Under the pieces are notes generated by a model. That model saw nothing but the letters and a program-made list of their open reading frames with translations. It made no database searches and was not told where the DNA came from. A DNA stretch of 38,723 nucleotides, taken from the sequence record SRR2962707_1591; one strand, written 5' to 3'. Numbering within the stretch: the stretch's first letter is position 1; every line of letters begins with the position of its first letter. Made by a program: the position numbers and the translations under genes. This document shows positions 18,669 through 28,261 of the stretch, piece after piece.

Positions 18669-18815
18669 GTTTTCCTCCCGGTTCAACAATGTTTGCGGGG
18701 AGTAGGCCCCCGCCGCCGATCCCATGTCAAACCGGCTGTGTTTCGCCAGTCTTTCGCTAGGTCATTTCGCGCCGCGCATTGTCGTACTATGCTCCATGAC
18801 AGGGAGGAGCCGATC

Positions 18816-19604
18816 ATGGAGAAGGGCGACATCGCGCTGGAGCTGCATCAGTTTCCTCATTCGCATTACAACGAAAAGGCCCGCTGGGCGCTCGACTTCA
18901 AGAGCGTGCCGCACAGGCGGATTTCCTATCTGCCGGGGCCGCACGCGGTGGCGATAAGGAAACTCGCGGGTACGACCGAGACGCCGGTTCTGAAGATCGG
19001 TGGGCTTGTCGTTGCGGGCTCCGCCGCCATCATCGACGCGCTGGAAGCGAACTATCCCGAGCCGCCGCTCTACCCCGCCGATCCTGAGCTCCGCCGCCAG
19101 GCGCTCGCGCTGCAATCCTGGTTCGACATGGAAGTCGGGCCCGGCATCCGTCGCGCCCTCTTCGCGGAACTCACTCAGGAGCTCGGTTATATCTGCAAGA
19201 TATTCGCGTCTGAAAAGCCGCTCCATACGCGCCTCTTCTACCGCGCCGTGCTGCCGCTCGCGCGCGGAACGATCCGCCGGTCCATGGGGGTGGACGAGCC
19301 GGGCGCCGTCGAGGCCGGATATCGCGTCACGCAGGCTGCGCTCGACCGTGTGGCCGCACAGGTCAACCCGAGCGGCTATCTCGTCGGCGACCAGTTCTCC
19401 ATTGCCGACCTTGCCGCCGCCGCGCTCCTTGCGCCTGCCTGCAACCCGCCCCATCCCGATATGGAGTTTCCGCTTCCGCGCCCGGCGCGTATCGACGCCT
19501 GGTTCGAGTGCTGGGCGGCGCATCCCGGCGCGCAGTGGGTTCGGACCATCTACCGCAAACACCGGCCGAGCCGCGTGCTTCCGCTTCGCGCCGCGGCGGA
19601 CTGA
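18816..19604 (+). CDS. Glutathione S-transferase family protein
   Basis: SHYNEKARWALD, GSAAII and FSIADL motifs; GGAGGAG RBS. Confidence 0.9.
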   Translation: MEKGDIALELHQFPHSHYNEKARWALDFKSVPHRRISYLPGPHAVAIRKLAGTTETPVLKIGGLVVAGSAAIIDALEANYPEPPLYPADPELRRQALALQSWFDMEVGPGIRRALFAELTQELGYICKIFASEKPLHTRLFYRAVLPLARGTIRRSMGVDEPGAVEAGYRVTQAALDRVAAQVNPSGYLVGDQFSIADLAAAALLAPACNPPHPDMEFPLPRPARIDAWFECWAAHPGAQWVRTIYRKHRPSRVLPLRAAAD

Positions 19605-19697
19605 TTGGCCGCCGGGCTGGAAAGCGCGCGCCGTTTGACGTAAAGGAAGGGCCGTCCCCGCGTGGGGGGCTGAGCAGCCCGGAAAGCATCTCGTTCC

Positions 19698-21050
19698 ATG
19701 TCGGAAGAAGAAAAAACAGGGACGGCGGAAAAAACCGCCGCGCCGGTGGAGCCGAAGCTGCCGTCCGTCCCGGAGGGCGTGCGCAAGACGACGCCGCAGG
19801 AGCGCAAGCGCGCCTTTTCCATTCTTTTCGTCTGCCTCCTTTCCGTCGGCATGGGTCAGACGCTCGTCTTCGCCGTTCTGCCGCCCATCGCCGCCGATCT
19901 CGGCATGAGCGAGTTCGAGACGACGATGATCTTCTCGCTCTCCGCCGCGCTCTGGGTGCTGACCAGCACCTTCTGGGGCCGCCGCAGCGACGTGATGGGC
20001 CGCAAGCCTGTCATCCTGATTGGTGTTTTCGGCTTCGGCATCTCCACCACGCTTGTCGGCCTCGTGCTGCTTGCGGGATACCAGCAGTGGATTTCGATTG
20101 CGCTGATGTTTCCGCTCGTCATGGCGGCGCGCGCGATTTTCGGCATTTTCGGATCGGGCTCCATGCCCGCCTCTCAGGCCTATGTGGCGGACCGTACGAC
20201 GCGGGCGGAACGCGCAGGCTCGATTGCGCAGATCGGTGCCGCCTTCGGTCTCGGCACGGTGGTGGGGCCGGGCGTCGCCGCCGCCTTCGCCGAATTTCAC
20301 ATCCTTGCGCCATTTTTCGCCGTCGGTCTTCTCGCCTTCGTCAGTGGCTTTGCGATCTGGATATTGCTGCCCGAGCGCACAAGGCCCAAGACGCTTCTAG
20401 CCGAGAAGCAGGAAAAGCGTGCATCGCTCCAGTGGCGCGCGCCAAATGTCCTGCCCTGGCTCACCATCGGTGTGGTGCTCAGCCTCAGCCAGTCGATCAT
20501 GATGCAGCTTTTCGCTTTCTACCTCATGGCCGAACTCGGCATGAAGGGCTCGGAGGCGACACAGCTCGTCAGCGTCGGCATGATGGCGATGGCGATGGCC
20601 ACGCTCGTCGCGCAGCTCGGCCTTATCCAGCGGTTCGATCTCTCGGTGCAGTTCCTGCTGCGCTGGGGGGCGATCACGATGATCCTCTCCTTCGCGATGC
20701 TGGTCTTCGGCGGCTCCTACGGCGTGCTCGTTTCGGCGCTCGCGCTGGCGGGCCTCGGTTTCGGTTTCCTGCGTTCGGGGCTTTCGGCCGGCGCGTCGCT
20801 ATCGGTTTCGCTGAAGGATCAGGGCGCGGTTGCGGGGCTCATCGGCTCAACGGCGGCGACGGGCCATATCCTCAATCCTGCCATCGGTATTCCGCTCTTC
20901 TACGTGATGCACTCCGCGCCGTTCATGCTCGGCATCGTGCTGATGGTTGCGATCCTCGCTTTCGCGATTTTCCATCCGGTGCTGAAGAACCTGCGCAGCA
21001 CGGATGCGAATATCGCGGACGAAGAAGAGGAAGAGATCGGGCTACACTGA
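19698..21050 (+). CDS. MFS transporter (DHA1/TetA-like)
   Basis: About 12 TM helices, motif A GRRSDVMGRKPV, GLGTVVGP antiporter-type motif. Confidence 0.93.
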   Translation: MSEEEKTGTAEKTAAPVEPKLPSVPEGVRKTTPQERKRAFSILFVCLLSVGMGQTLVFAVLPPIAADLGMSEFETTMIFSLSAALWVLTSTFWGRRSDVMGRKPVILIGVFGFGISTTLVGLVLLAGYQQWISIALMFPLVMAARAIFGIFGSGSMPASQAYVADRTTRAERAGSIAQIGAAFGLGTVVGPGVAAAFAEFHILAPFFAVGLLAFVSGFAIWILLPERTRPKTLLAEKQEKRASLQWRAPNVLPWLTIGVVLSLSQSIMMQLFAFYLMAELGMKGSEATQLVSVGMMAMAMATLVAQLGLIQRFDLSVQFLLRWGAITMILSFAMLVFGGSYGVLVSALALAGLGFGFLRSGLSAGASLSVSLKDQGAVAGLIGSTAATGHILNPAIGIPLFYVMHSAPFMLGIVLMVAILAFAIFHPVLKNLRSTDANIADEEEEEIGLH

Positions 21051-21053
21051 CGA

Positions 21054-21248
21054 TTATCTGCCGGTCTGAACGCCCATCAGGTTCACGACATGCACGATCA
21101 TCATGATCGCTACGAGAACCGATACGAGAATGAGCGGTGTCGTCGGCAGCATCCGCACCCGTGAGAAATCGGGCGGCCGCTTTTCGAGCCAGATGAAAAA
21201 CCCGGCACTTGCAAGGCTCGCCGCCAGAAGGGCGAGCGTCACCGTCAT
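21054..21248 (-). CDS. Small two-TM hypothetical membrane protein
   Basis: Two hydrophobic helices separated by EKRPPDFSRVRMLP. It starts right at the stop of the upstream hydrolase (alternative GTG 21254 overlaps the TGA). Confidence 0.7.
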   Translation of the reverse strand: MTVTLALLAASLASAGFFIWLEKRPPDFSRVRMLPTTPLILVSVLVAIMMIVHVVNLMGVQTGR

Positions 21249-21250
21249 CG

Positions 21251-22246
21251 TCACGCGAGGGCGCCCTCGGCGCGCCATTGCGCCATCATCGCGCCGACCG
21301 ATGCCGCGAAGGCTTGCGGCTGGTCGAGCATGATGTGGTGCTGTGCGCCCGGCACCGTGAAGACGGGCCTTTCCGGTGCGAGACGGCGCAGGAAGTCGAG
21401 CTTTGCCAGCTCGTAGTCCTTGCTCTCAAGGCCGAACATGGTCGCGCTCGGGCAGGCGAGGTTCGCGTAGATCTCCGCGTGATCGTTGCCCATGCGCAAG
21501 CCGTTGAAAATCGAGGCGTCGAACTTCCACGTCCAGCCCGTTTCCTCGAAGGTCCGCTTGCCCCGCGTCTCGCCTTTCGTCACGGCGCGCAGGCTCAAGG
21601 GACCGATGTAATCCAGAATGAAGCCGTTGGCGCAGGGCTGTAGCGGCGCGAGGCGGAAGCGTGCCTTCGCCTCTTCGAGATCGCTGTAGATTTTCGTCGG
21701 GCGGCGTTCCTCGCCGTTGAGGAACCACTCATGCGCGTCGTCGGCGGGACGCACCGTGAAGTCGCACAGGAGAAGACCGCCGAGGCGCTCGCCGTAATGT
21801 TTCGCGGCGATCAGCGAGACAAAGCCGCCAAAGGAATGCGCCACCACCACCGGCTTCGGCCCGAGCCCCGCATTGAGCGCGACCTCGCCGATTTCGCGGG
21901 CAAAGGTTTCGCGCGAATAGTCCATGCGCCAGCCGCTGTCGCCCATGCCGCCGAGATCCATCGAGGCGACATTGTATTGGTCCGTCAGCAGCGGCGCGAT
22001 GAAGTGAAACCAGTGCGCATGTGCGCCGTTGCCATGCACGAAGAGGATGCCGGGACGGGCAGGGTCATGGTTTCCCCAGCGCAGATAATGGATATCCGTG
22101 CCGTCCACGTTGAGGCGGCGGCTTTCATGGGGCGCCGCGAGCGCCTGGCGGAACCAGAGCGGGCGGTGAAGAACGATGTCTTCCTCGGGCAGCGTGACAG
22201 GCGATGTTTCGGGCTGCCGCCCGGCGGTCCTGCAGGTCGTGTTCAT
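21251..22246 (-). CDS. Alpha/beta fold hydrolase
   Basis: HGNGAH oxyanion region, AHSFGG nucleophile elbow, HHIMLDQP catalytic His. Confidence 0.92.
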   Translation of the reverse strand: MNTTCRTAGRQPETSPVTLPEEDIVLHRPLWFRQALAAPHESRRLNVDGTDIHYLRWGNHDPARPGILFVHGNGAHAHWFHFIAPLLTDQYNVASMDLGGMGDSGWRMDYSRETFAREIGEVALNAGLGPKPVVVAHSFGGFVSLIAAKHYGERLGGLLLCDFTVRPADDAHEWFLNGEERRPTKIYSDLEEAKARFRLAPLQPCANGFILDYIGPLSLRAVTKGETRGKRTFEETGWTWKFDASIFNGLRMGNDHAEIYANLACPSATMFGLESKDYELAKLDFLRRLAPERPVFTVPGAQHHIMLDQPQAFAASVGAMMAQWRAEGALA

Positions 22247-22283
22247 TCTATGAGACTCGAAGCGATAACGGATTGGCGATCAT

Positions 22284-22763
22284 TCAGGCGTCGGGCAGCA
22301 GCATTCTGAGCAGCGCCCGCGCGGACGTCGGCTTGCTGAGCCGCGGAATCTTGCCCGCTTCGCCCCGGAAAAGATGTGTGTCGTCGGCATGCGCCGTCGC
22401 GAAGACGACGTGCACGCCCGCCTCGCGCAGCCCTACCGCGAAGTCGAGCGAATATTCGCCATTGAGGTTCACGTCGACCACGGCCATGTCGATGCCGCCT
22501 TCCGCGGCAAGGTGCTCCGCATCCGCGAGCGACCAGGCGGGGCCGGCAATATCAGCGCCTGCCGCTTCGAGCGTCTGCGCGAGTTCCATGCCGACGAAGA
22601 ATTCGTCTTCCACCACGAGAACCTTGCGTCCCGCGAGGGGAAGGCTGCGCTCAGGCCCGCTGCCGCTACCGGAAACGCCGCCGCCGCCGCCCACGGTGCC
22701 GGAAAGCCACCACAAGGGGACAATGCTGATGATCCGATCGGCTATGCGTGTGCCTGTCCTCAT
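22284..22763 (-). CDS. Single-domain response regulator (FATGUY-like)
   Basis: VLVVED, phospho-Asp in VVDVNL, VVFATAH and SKP motifs; ATGA overlap with the kinase stop. The start may be downstream (GTG 22694). Confidence 0.88.
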   Translation of the reverse strand: MRTGTRIADRIISIVPLWWLSGTVGGGGGVSGSGSGPERSLPLAGRKVLVVEDEFFVGMELAQTLEAAGADIAGPAWSLADAEHLAAEGGIDMAVVDVNLNGEYSLDFAVGLREAGVHVVFATAHADDTHLFRGEAGKIPRLSKPTSARALLRMLLPDA

Positions 22764-24229
22764 GATTCTACGCCTCGCTCTTCCGGTATCTTGGCCGTTC
22801 TGCCGGTGGTACCCGCTTTTTCGGTATGCAGTTTCGGCAGAAGGATATGGATGGATGTTCCGCCCGACTTGTTTCTTGTTCGTCGTATTTCGCCGCCGAA
22901 TTGCCGCGAAAGATTTTCGATGATCATCGAGCCGAGACCGGTGCGTGTCGCCGGCTGGTCCATGTCGTCGTTGGGGCCGACACCGTCATCCTCCACCGCC
23001 AGCACGGGCACGCCGTCGTCTCCGAGGGCGAATGACGTGGCGATTGTTCCCTCCGCGCGATCATCGAAGGCATGTTTGATGGCGTTTGATACAAGCTCAC
23101 CCAACACAACCGCAAGCGTTGTGGCATCGCGGGAGGCGACGATGAGAGGCTCGAAATCGCTGGAGATGCCGATTGACGTGCCTTCGAGCGCCGAATCCGC
23201 GAGGTCCGTGACCACGGCCTGAAGCAGGCTGTCGACGCGGGTCGACTGCAGATCGTCGCCAAGGCGGAGCTTGCGCTGCGCCGTGCTGATGGTCTGAATG
23301 CGTCCACGCGCCGTTTCAAGCGCGGCGCGCGCCGATTCGTCGTCCACCTTCGCCTGCTGCATCCGGAGAAGGGAGGACACCATCGCGAGGTTGTTGCCGA
23401 CGCGATGCGTTACCTCGCGAAGCAGCAGCTCCACGCGGCCGCGCTCGTATTCGGCGCGGCCCGTTTCGGCTTCCGCCATCTCGCGGGCGATTTCCAGTTC
23501 CCTCGTTCGGTCGCGCACACGCGCTTCGAGTTCGTCGTTCAGCAGCGCGAGCTGGTGGCGGCGGCTTTCGACGGAGGCGAATTGCCGTCTCGTCAGTTGC
23601 GCGGACAGAATGGCGACGATGATCGTCGCTGCGAGCGCGCCGATGATCGAGGCGGAAAGCCATGTGCGCGTGGTGATGGTATCGGCCTGCCGTTCGATGA
23701 GGCGTCCGCGTTCGGCCTCCTGCGCCGAGGCCACGATATCGCGGATCTCGTCCATCAGGGCTTTGCCCCGGTCCTGATTGACGATCGCAACCGCGTCGGC
23801 GAAGCGGCCCTGGCGGCCGAGAGCGACCGTTTCGTCGATCACGGCGAGACGCCGTTCCGTTGCCTTGCGGAGCTGCGAGACCCGTACCGCCTGTGCGGAA
23901 TTGGACGGCACGCGGCTTTCAAGTCCGGACAGGCGCTGCCCGATCTGCTGGCGCATCTCTGTATAAGGTTCGAGATAAACCGCGTCCTGCGTCAGCAGGA
24001 AGCCGCGCTGGCCGATTTCGGCATCCTGAAGCACATTGAGAACGGCGCGTAGTTCCGCCCTTATCTCGAGCGTGTCGACGACCTCTTCGGCACTTGACCG
24101 GGCCATGTTCGAGAGCGTCAGGGCTGCTATGCCTGCTGCGAACAGCATCGCGAAGGCGACGGCCATCAGCCAGACGTTGACGCGGCGCATGGTTGCAACG
24201 TCAGCCTGTTCAGCCCCGAAAAGACGCAT
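22760..24229 (-). CDS. Sensor histidine kinase, CHASE3 plus HisKA_2 family
   Basis: TM-CHASE3 (DAEIGQRGFLLT, GKALMDEIR)-TM, H-box EVTHRVGNNL, ELVSNAIKHAF, DDGVG and GLG. Start uncertain (24190, 24229 or 24289). Confidence 0.92.
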   Translation of the reverse strand: MRLFGAEQADVATMRRVNVWLMAVAFAMLFAAGIAALTLSNMARSSAEEVVDTLEIRAELRAVLNVLQDAEIGQRGFLLTQDAVYLEPYTEMRQQIGQRLSGLESRVPSNSAQAVRVSQLRKATERRLAVIDETVALGRQGRFADAVAIVNQDRGKALMDEIRDIVASAQEAERGRLIERQADTITTRTWLSASIIGALAATIIVAILSAQLTRRQFASVESRRHQLALLNDELEARVRDRTRELEIAREMAEAETGRAEYERGRVELLLREVTHRVGNNLAMVSSLLRMQQAKVDDESARAALETARGRIQTISTAQRKLRLGDDLQSTRVDSLLQAVVTDLADSALEGTSIGISSDFEPLIVASRDATTLAVVLGELVSNAIKHAFDDRAEGTIATSFALGDDGVPVLAVEDDGVGPNDDMDQPATRTGLGSMIIENLSRQFGGEIRRTRNKSGGTSIHILLPKLHTEKAGTTGRTAKIPEERGVES

Positions 24230-24386
24230 AAACTTCTGAAGCCCCAACTGGCGACGGGCTAATGTGGCCCTGAACGTAGAAATCCCCATTCTGGAAAGAT
24301 AACAAAGCGCGGGGAAAACCCCTATAGCCGATAAACCTAAGCCTGTCTCTGGACCGGTGAAACCGGCGCATAAATGGGCTTTGCGG

Positions 24387-24415
24387 TTGACAGAAAGAGG
24401 GTCGCCGCATAGGTT
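24387..24415 (+). promoter_or_regulatory. Sigma70 promoter of rpmJ
   Basis: TTGACA-N17-TAGGTT about 90 nt upstream of rpmJ. Confidence 0.7.
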
Positions 24416-24505
24416 CCGCGCCAATTCAAGGGCGTTCCGGCATCGGGCCGGAGGCGGGGTGCATCCTTTGCGCCGATCCGCGGGAGCCCGAGCCGAGGTT
24501 GAGCC

Positions 24506-24631
24506 ATGAAAATTCGTAACTCCTTGAGATCGCTTCGGAATCGGCACCGGGACAATCGTCTCGTCCGCCGCAAGGGGCGCGTCTATATCATCAACAAGAC
24601 GAACCCCCGCTTCAAAGCCCGTCAGGGCTGA
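24506..24631 (+). CDS. rpmJ: 50S ribosomal protein L36 (zinc-free, YkgO/type B)
   Basis: Absent from the ORF track. Hand translation gives [41 protein letters not shown] (41 aa), with a GAGG RBS. Confidence 0.97.
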   Translation: MKIRNSLRSLRNRHRDNRLVRRKGRVYIINKTNPRFKARQG

Positions 24632-24673
24632 GCGTGCTGGCGCGCTCCGTGTGCGTCAGGTTCAAAGAATTCT

Positions 24674-24702
24674 GGCCGCTTCCTCCGGGAGGCGGCCTTT
24701 TT
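24674..24702 (+). terminator. Rho-independent terminator after rpmJ
   Basis: GGCCGCTTCC-TCCG-GGAGGCGGCC stem (10 bp, one G:U) followed by TTTTT. Confidence 0.85.
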
Positions 24703-24718
24703 CGTCTGGAGGCGGGCG

Positions 24719-25339
24719 TTGAATAGCAGGCCGGAAGCAGTCGTCTTCGATATCGGCAATGTGTTGATCCAGTGGGATCCGCGTCACCTCTATCGCAAGG
24801 TCTTCGCCTCGGAAGAGGAGATGGAGACCTTCCTCCGCGATGTCTGCACGATGGAGTGGCATCTGGAGCATGACCGGGGCCTTTCCTTCGCCGAAAACGC
24901 GGCACGGCTCAAGGCGAGCCACCCGGACAGGGCGGAACTCATCGACATCTGGGGCGCGCGCTACGGCGAAATGGTGCCGGGCCGTGTGGCCGGCGTGGCG
25001 CCGCTGGTCGAGGCGCTCCACGGTGAGGGCGTTGCCCTTCATGGCCTCACCAACATGCCGGTGGGGTTCTTCCCCGAGCTCTGCGCCCGCTTTCCCGAGC
25101 TTTGCTACCTGCGCGAAACCGTGGTCTCCGGCGAAGAGGGGCTGCTGAAGCCCGACGCCGCCATCTACGAGGTGCTGATCGGCCGGGCGGGGCTCACGCC
25201 CTCGCGCACGCTTTTCATCGACGATTCGCCGCGCAACGTGGACGCCGCCGTCCGGCTCGGCTTCCTCGGCCACCGCTTTACCACTGCCGAGGGGCTCGCC
25301 GGCGATCTGCGCTCCCTCGGTCTCCTTCCGCCGCTTTAA
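24719..25339 (+). CDS. HAD family phosphatase
   Basis: FDIGNV, LTN, KPD and FIDD motifs; TTG start with GGAGG RBS. Confidence 0.92.
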   Translation: MNSRPEAVVFDIGNVLIQWDPRHLYRKVFASEEEMETFLRDVCTMEWHLEHDRGLSFAENAARLKASHPDRAELIDIWGARYGEMVPGRVAGVAPLVEALHGEGVALHGLTNMPVGFFPELCARFPELCYLRETVVSGEEGLLKPDAAIYEVLIGRAGLTPSRTLFIDDSPRNVDAAVRLGFLGHRFTTAEGLAGDLRSLGLLPPL

Positions 25340-25455
25340 AAAGCGGCTCGCGGCTTTCCGCGTTTGCGTTCTGCCCTGCTCCGCAGGCTAAGATGCGCTT
25401 TGCGGCAGCCTCTGCCTGTTGCCGCGGGTGTTTCTGGCGAACGGAGAAGGTGCAA

Positions 25456-26511
25456 ATGAGCGACAGGTTCATGATTTACGGAGCAACCGGCTATACCGGC
25501 AAGCTCGTCGCCCGCACCGCAAAGGCGCAAGGGCTCAATCCGTTGCTCGCGGGCCGCAACGAGGCGCGGCTCAAATCCATCGCCGCGCAGCATGGCTTCG
25601 AGTATCAGGCGATTGCGCTCGACGAGCCGGAAGTGCTCGATGCCGGGCTCTCCCAGGTCGGTACCGTGCTCCACATCGCCGGGCCCTTCTCCCAGACCTC
25701 GAAGCCGATGGTCGATGCCTGCATCCGCACCGGCACGCATTATCTCGATATCACAGGCGAGATCGACGTCTTCGAAGCCTGTGCCGCGCGCGACGAAGAA
25801 GCGAAGAAGGCGGGCGTCATGCTGATGCCAGGCGTCGGTTTCGACGTCGTGCCGAGCGATTGTCTCGCTGCGCACATGAAGGCGCGGATGCCGGATGCGC
25901 GTGAACTGACCCTCGGCATCGCCGGGCTCTCGAACATGTCGCATGGCACCGCCAAGACCGGCATCGAAAGCATCGGCAAGGGAACGCGCATCCGCCGCGA
26001 CGGCAAGATCATCTCCGCAAAAAAGACACCGCGCCGCGAGATCGATTTCGGTCACGGCGCGAAGGCGTCCATCGCGGTGGGCTGGGGCGACGTGTCGACG
26101 GCGTGGCACTCGACGAAGATCCCCGACATCACCGTTTATTTTGAAAGCAATCCGCAGTTCGAGCAAATGGCCAAGATGGGCCGCATCGCGCGCTGGGTAA
26201 TGAGCATGGGGCCGATGCAGCGCGCGCTGAAGAAGCGGATCGAGCAGCAGCCGGAAGGGCCGAGCGATGCCGAGCGCGCGGAGGGCTATGCCGTCCTCTA
26301 TGGCGAGGCCGTGGGGCCGAATGGCGAGCGCGTGCAATCGCGCCTCTCGACGCCCGAGGGCTATACGCTGACTGTCATGACGGGCCTTGAAATCGTCCGG
26401 CGGGTGCTCGCGGGCGAGGCGAAACCCGGCTTCCAGACGCCATCCTCGGTGTTCGGTGCGGATTTCATCGCCGAGTTTGAAGGCTGCAGCTATCAGGACC
26501 TGAATAGCTGA
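25456..26511 (+). CDS. Saccharopine dehydrogenase-like / trans-acting enoyl reductase family oxidoreductase
   Basis: YGATGYTG Rossmann motif, AGPF, HYLDITGE and GFDVVPSD. Confidence 0.9.
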   Translation: MSDRFMIYGATGYTGKLVARTAKAQGLNPLLAGRNEARLKSIAAQHGFEYQAIALDEPEVLDAGLSQVGTVLHIAGPFSQTSKPMVDACIRTGTHYLDITGEIDVFEACAARDEEAKKAGVMLMPGVGFDVVPSDCLAAHMKARMPDARELTLGIAGLSNMSHGTAKTGIESIGKGTRIRRDGKIISAKKTPRREIDFGHGAKASIAVGWGDVSTAWHSTKIPDITVYFESNPQFEQMAKMGRIARWVMSMGPMQRALKKRIEQQPEGPSDAERAEGYAVLYGEAVGPNGERVQSRLSTPEGYTLTVMTGLEIVRRVLAGEAKPGFQTPSSVFGADFIAEFEGCSYQDLNS

Positions 26512-26559
26512 CGGGGAGTTGATTTGGTCCTGCCGCGCCCGCGCCCTATCATTCCCTTC

Positions 26560-27189
26560 ATGAACATGCGGGCTCTCTGTCTTCTCCTTTTTTCCGTCGC
26601 TGCGCTTTATGCGCCGGGCGTCAGGGCAGCACCGCCTCCGGAATTGCCGCCTGCGGAATTGCCGCCTGCGGGTGCACCGCTTTCCGAGGAGGGCAAGGCG
26701 GAGGCGCGCGACACCGTTCTCGACCGGCTGTTCACCGAACTCGCCAAAGCCGAAAGCGAGGAGGCCGGCCGCGCCCTCGAACGGGCGATCCAGGGTGTCT
26801 GGCTCACCTCCGGCAGCCCCAGCATCGACCTTCTGATGGGGCGGGGGCTTGATGCGCTCGGCGAAGACAATATCGACCGCGCCTATTTCTATTTCGACGA
26901 GGTGGTGACGCTTGCGCCCGGTTTCGCGGAAGGCTGGAACAAGCGCGCCGCGATCCATTATCTGCGAGAGGACTATGCGGCGGCGCTGCGCGATCTCGAG
27001 CAAGTGCTTCGCCTTGAGCCGCGTCATTACGAGGCGCTGGCGGGGCTTGGCGTCATTCTCGAAGACCTAGGCGACAAGAAAGGCGCGCTGGAAGCCTATC
27101 GCCGTGCGCTCAAGCTCGACCCCTGGCTCAAGAACGGCGGCACGCGGATTGCGCCGCTCGAACTCGAGGTCGAGGGGCGTGGCATCTGA
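26560..27189 (+). CDS. Exported tetratricopeptide repeat protein
   Basis: Signal peptide, Pro-rich linker, TPR motifs (AEGWNKRA, LEPRHYEALAGLG). Confidence 0.88.
   Translation: MNMRALCLLLFSVAALYAPGVRAAPPPELPPAELPPAGAPLSEEGKAEARDTVLDRLFTELAKAESEEAGRALERAIQGVWLTSGSPSIDLLMGRGLDALGEDNIDRAYFYFDEVVTLAPGFAEGWNKRAAIHYLREDYAAALRDLEQVLRLEPRHYEALAGLGVILEDLGDKKGALEAYRRALKLDPWLKNGGTRIAPLELEVEGRGI
26639..26671 (+). repeat. 15-bp in-frame tandem duplication (ELPPA x2)
   Basis: CGGAATTGCCGCCTG twice, plus CGG, within the TPR protein linker. Confidence 0.85.
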
Positions 27190-27229
27190 TGTGGTGATCC
27201 GCGCGGCCCCCGCAGCCGTATCTTCCTGA

Positions 27230-28261
27230 ATGAACCGGGCTTCCTTCATGACAACGTTCCTCATCGTCGCCGCCATATGCGCCGTCGCGCTCTTCATGTC
27301 GCTCGGCGCGGCGCGGGCGCAGACCATGTGGCCGCCTGATGGTTTCGTTGAACTCGATGGAGAATTCGCCGGATCGCGGCTTCACTATGTGGACAAGGGC
27401 ACGGCGAAGCCCGGCGTCGCGCCCGTCATTCTCATCCATGGCGCGAGCGGCAATCTGCGCGACATGGAACTGGCGCTGGTGGACAGGCTCGCGGTCAAGA
27501 CCCGCGTCATCGCCTTCGACCGTCCGGGTCATGGCTGGAGCGACCGCACTTCCAACCCCGATATCGCAAACCCCGCCGTTCAGGCCGCTGCGATCCGCAA
27601 CGGGCTGAAGAAACTAGGCGTCGAAAATCCCGTTCTTCTGGGGCATAGCTGGGGCGGCTCCGTCGTCTCGGCCTATGCGCTCGCGTGGCCGGACGAGATC
27701 GCGGGGCTGCTGCCGTTGTCGGGCGCGCTTTATCCGTGGCCGGGCGGCGTCGCCTGGTATCACTCGGTCGTGCGCACGCCGGTGGTCGGCTGGTTCTTCA
27801 CAAACCTTCTCGTCGCGCCGGCGGGCAAGCTCCTGCTCGACAAGGGTGTCGCCGCAAACTTCCATCCCGACAAGCCGCCGGAGAACTACGCGAAGAAGAC
27901 GGCGCTGCCGATGCTCTTTCGTCCCGCCGAGTTCCGCGCGAACAGCGAGGACACGGCGCAACTGAAAGCCTATCTCGCGGCGCAGAGTTCGCGCTATGGC
28001 GAGATCGCGGTGCCCACCATCGTCATCACCGGCAATGCCGACCACACCGTCTCGCCGAAGATTCACTCGTACCGGTTTCACAACGAGGTTTCAGGCTCGG
28101 AGCTCATCAAGCTCAAAGGCACGGGCCACATGCCGCATTATGCGCATACGGATGTTGTGGTGGACGCGCTTCTCCGCCTCGCGCGCGGCGAGAGGCCGCG
28201 CGCAGGCATGACGACGATTTACGCCGATGGAAAGATCGAGATGCCGGAGGCGGCGGACTAG
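27230..28261 (+). CDS. Alpha/beta fold hydrolase with N-terminal signal/anchor
   Basis: HGASG, FDRPGHG, GHSWGG, D in GNADH and GHM. Alternative start at 27248. Confidence 0.92.
   Translation: MNRASFMTTFLIVAAICAVALFMSLGAARAQTMWPPDGFVELDGEFAGSRLHYVDKGTAKPGVAPVILIHGASGNLRDMELALVDRLAVKTRVIAFDRPGHGWSDRTSNPDIANPAVQAAAIRNGLKKLGVENPVLLGHSWGGSVVSAYALAWPDEIAGLLPLSGALYPWPGGVAWYHSVVRTPVVGWFFTNLLVAPAGKLLLDKGVAANFHPDKPPENYAKKTALPMLFRPAEFRANSEDTAQLKAYLAAQSSRYGEIAVPTIVITGNADHTVSPKIHSYRFHNEVSGSELIKLKGTGHMPHYAHTDVVVDALLRLARGERPRAGMTTIYADGKIEMPEAAD

Noticed and set aside
17544-18815. Long N-terminal extensions in the ORF track (686-aa GST, 494-aa nitroreductase, 595-aa kinase)
   Set aside because: The extensions overlap real genes on the opposite strand. 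Downstream ATGs, with RBS for the GST and nitroreductase, give normal-length proteins.
24506-24631. Zinc-free L36 as a sign of a Zur-regulated paralog
   Set aside because: The zinc-free form is the usual L36 in alphaproteobacteria, and it has a consensus sigma70 promoter with no evident Zur box.
26639-26671. 15-bp duplication as a phase-variation or CRISPR-like repeat
   Set aside because: Only two in-frame copies in a Pro-rich linker, with no spacers.
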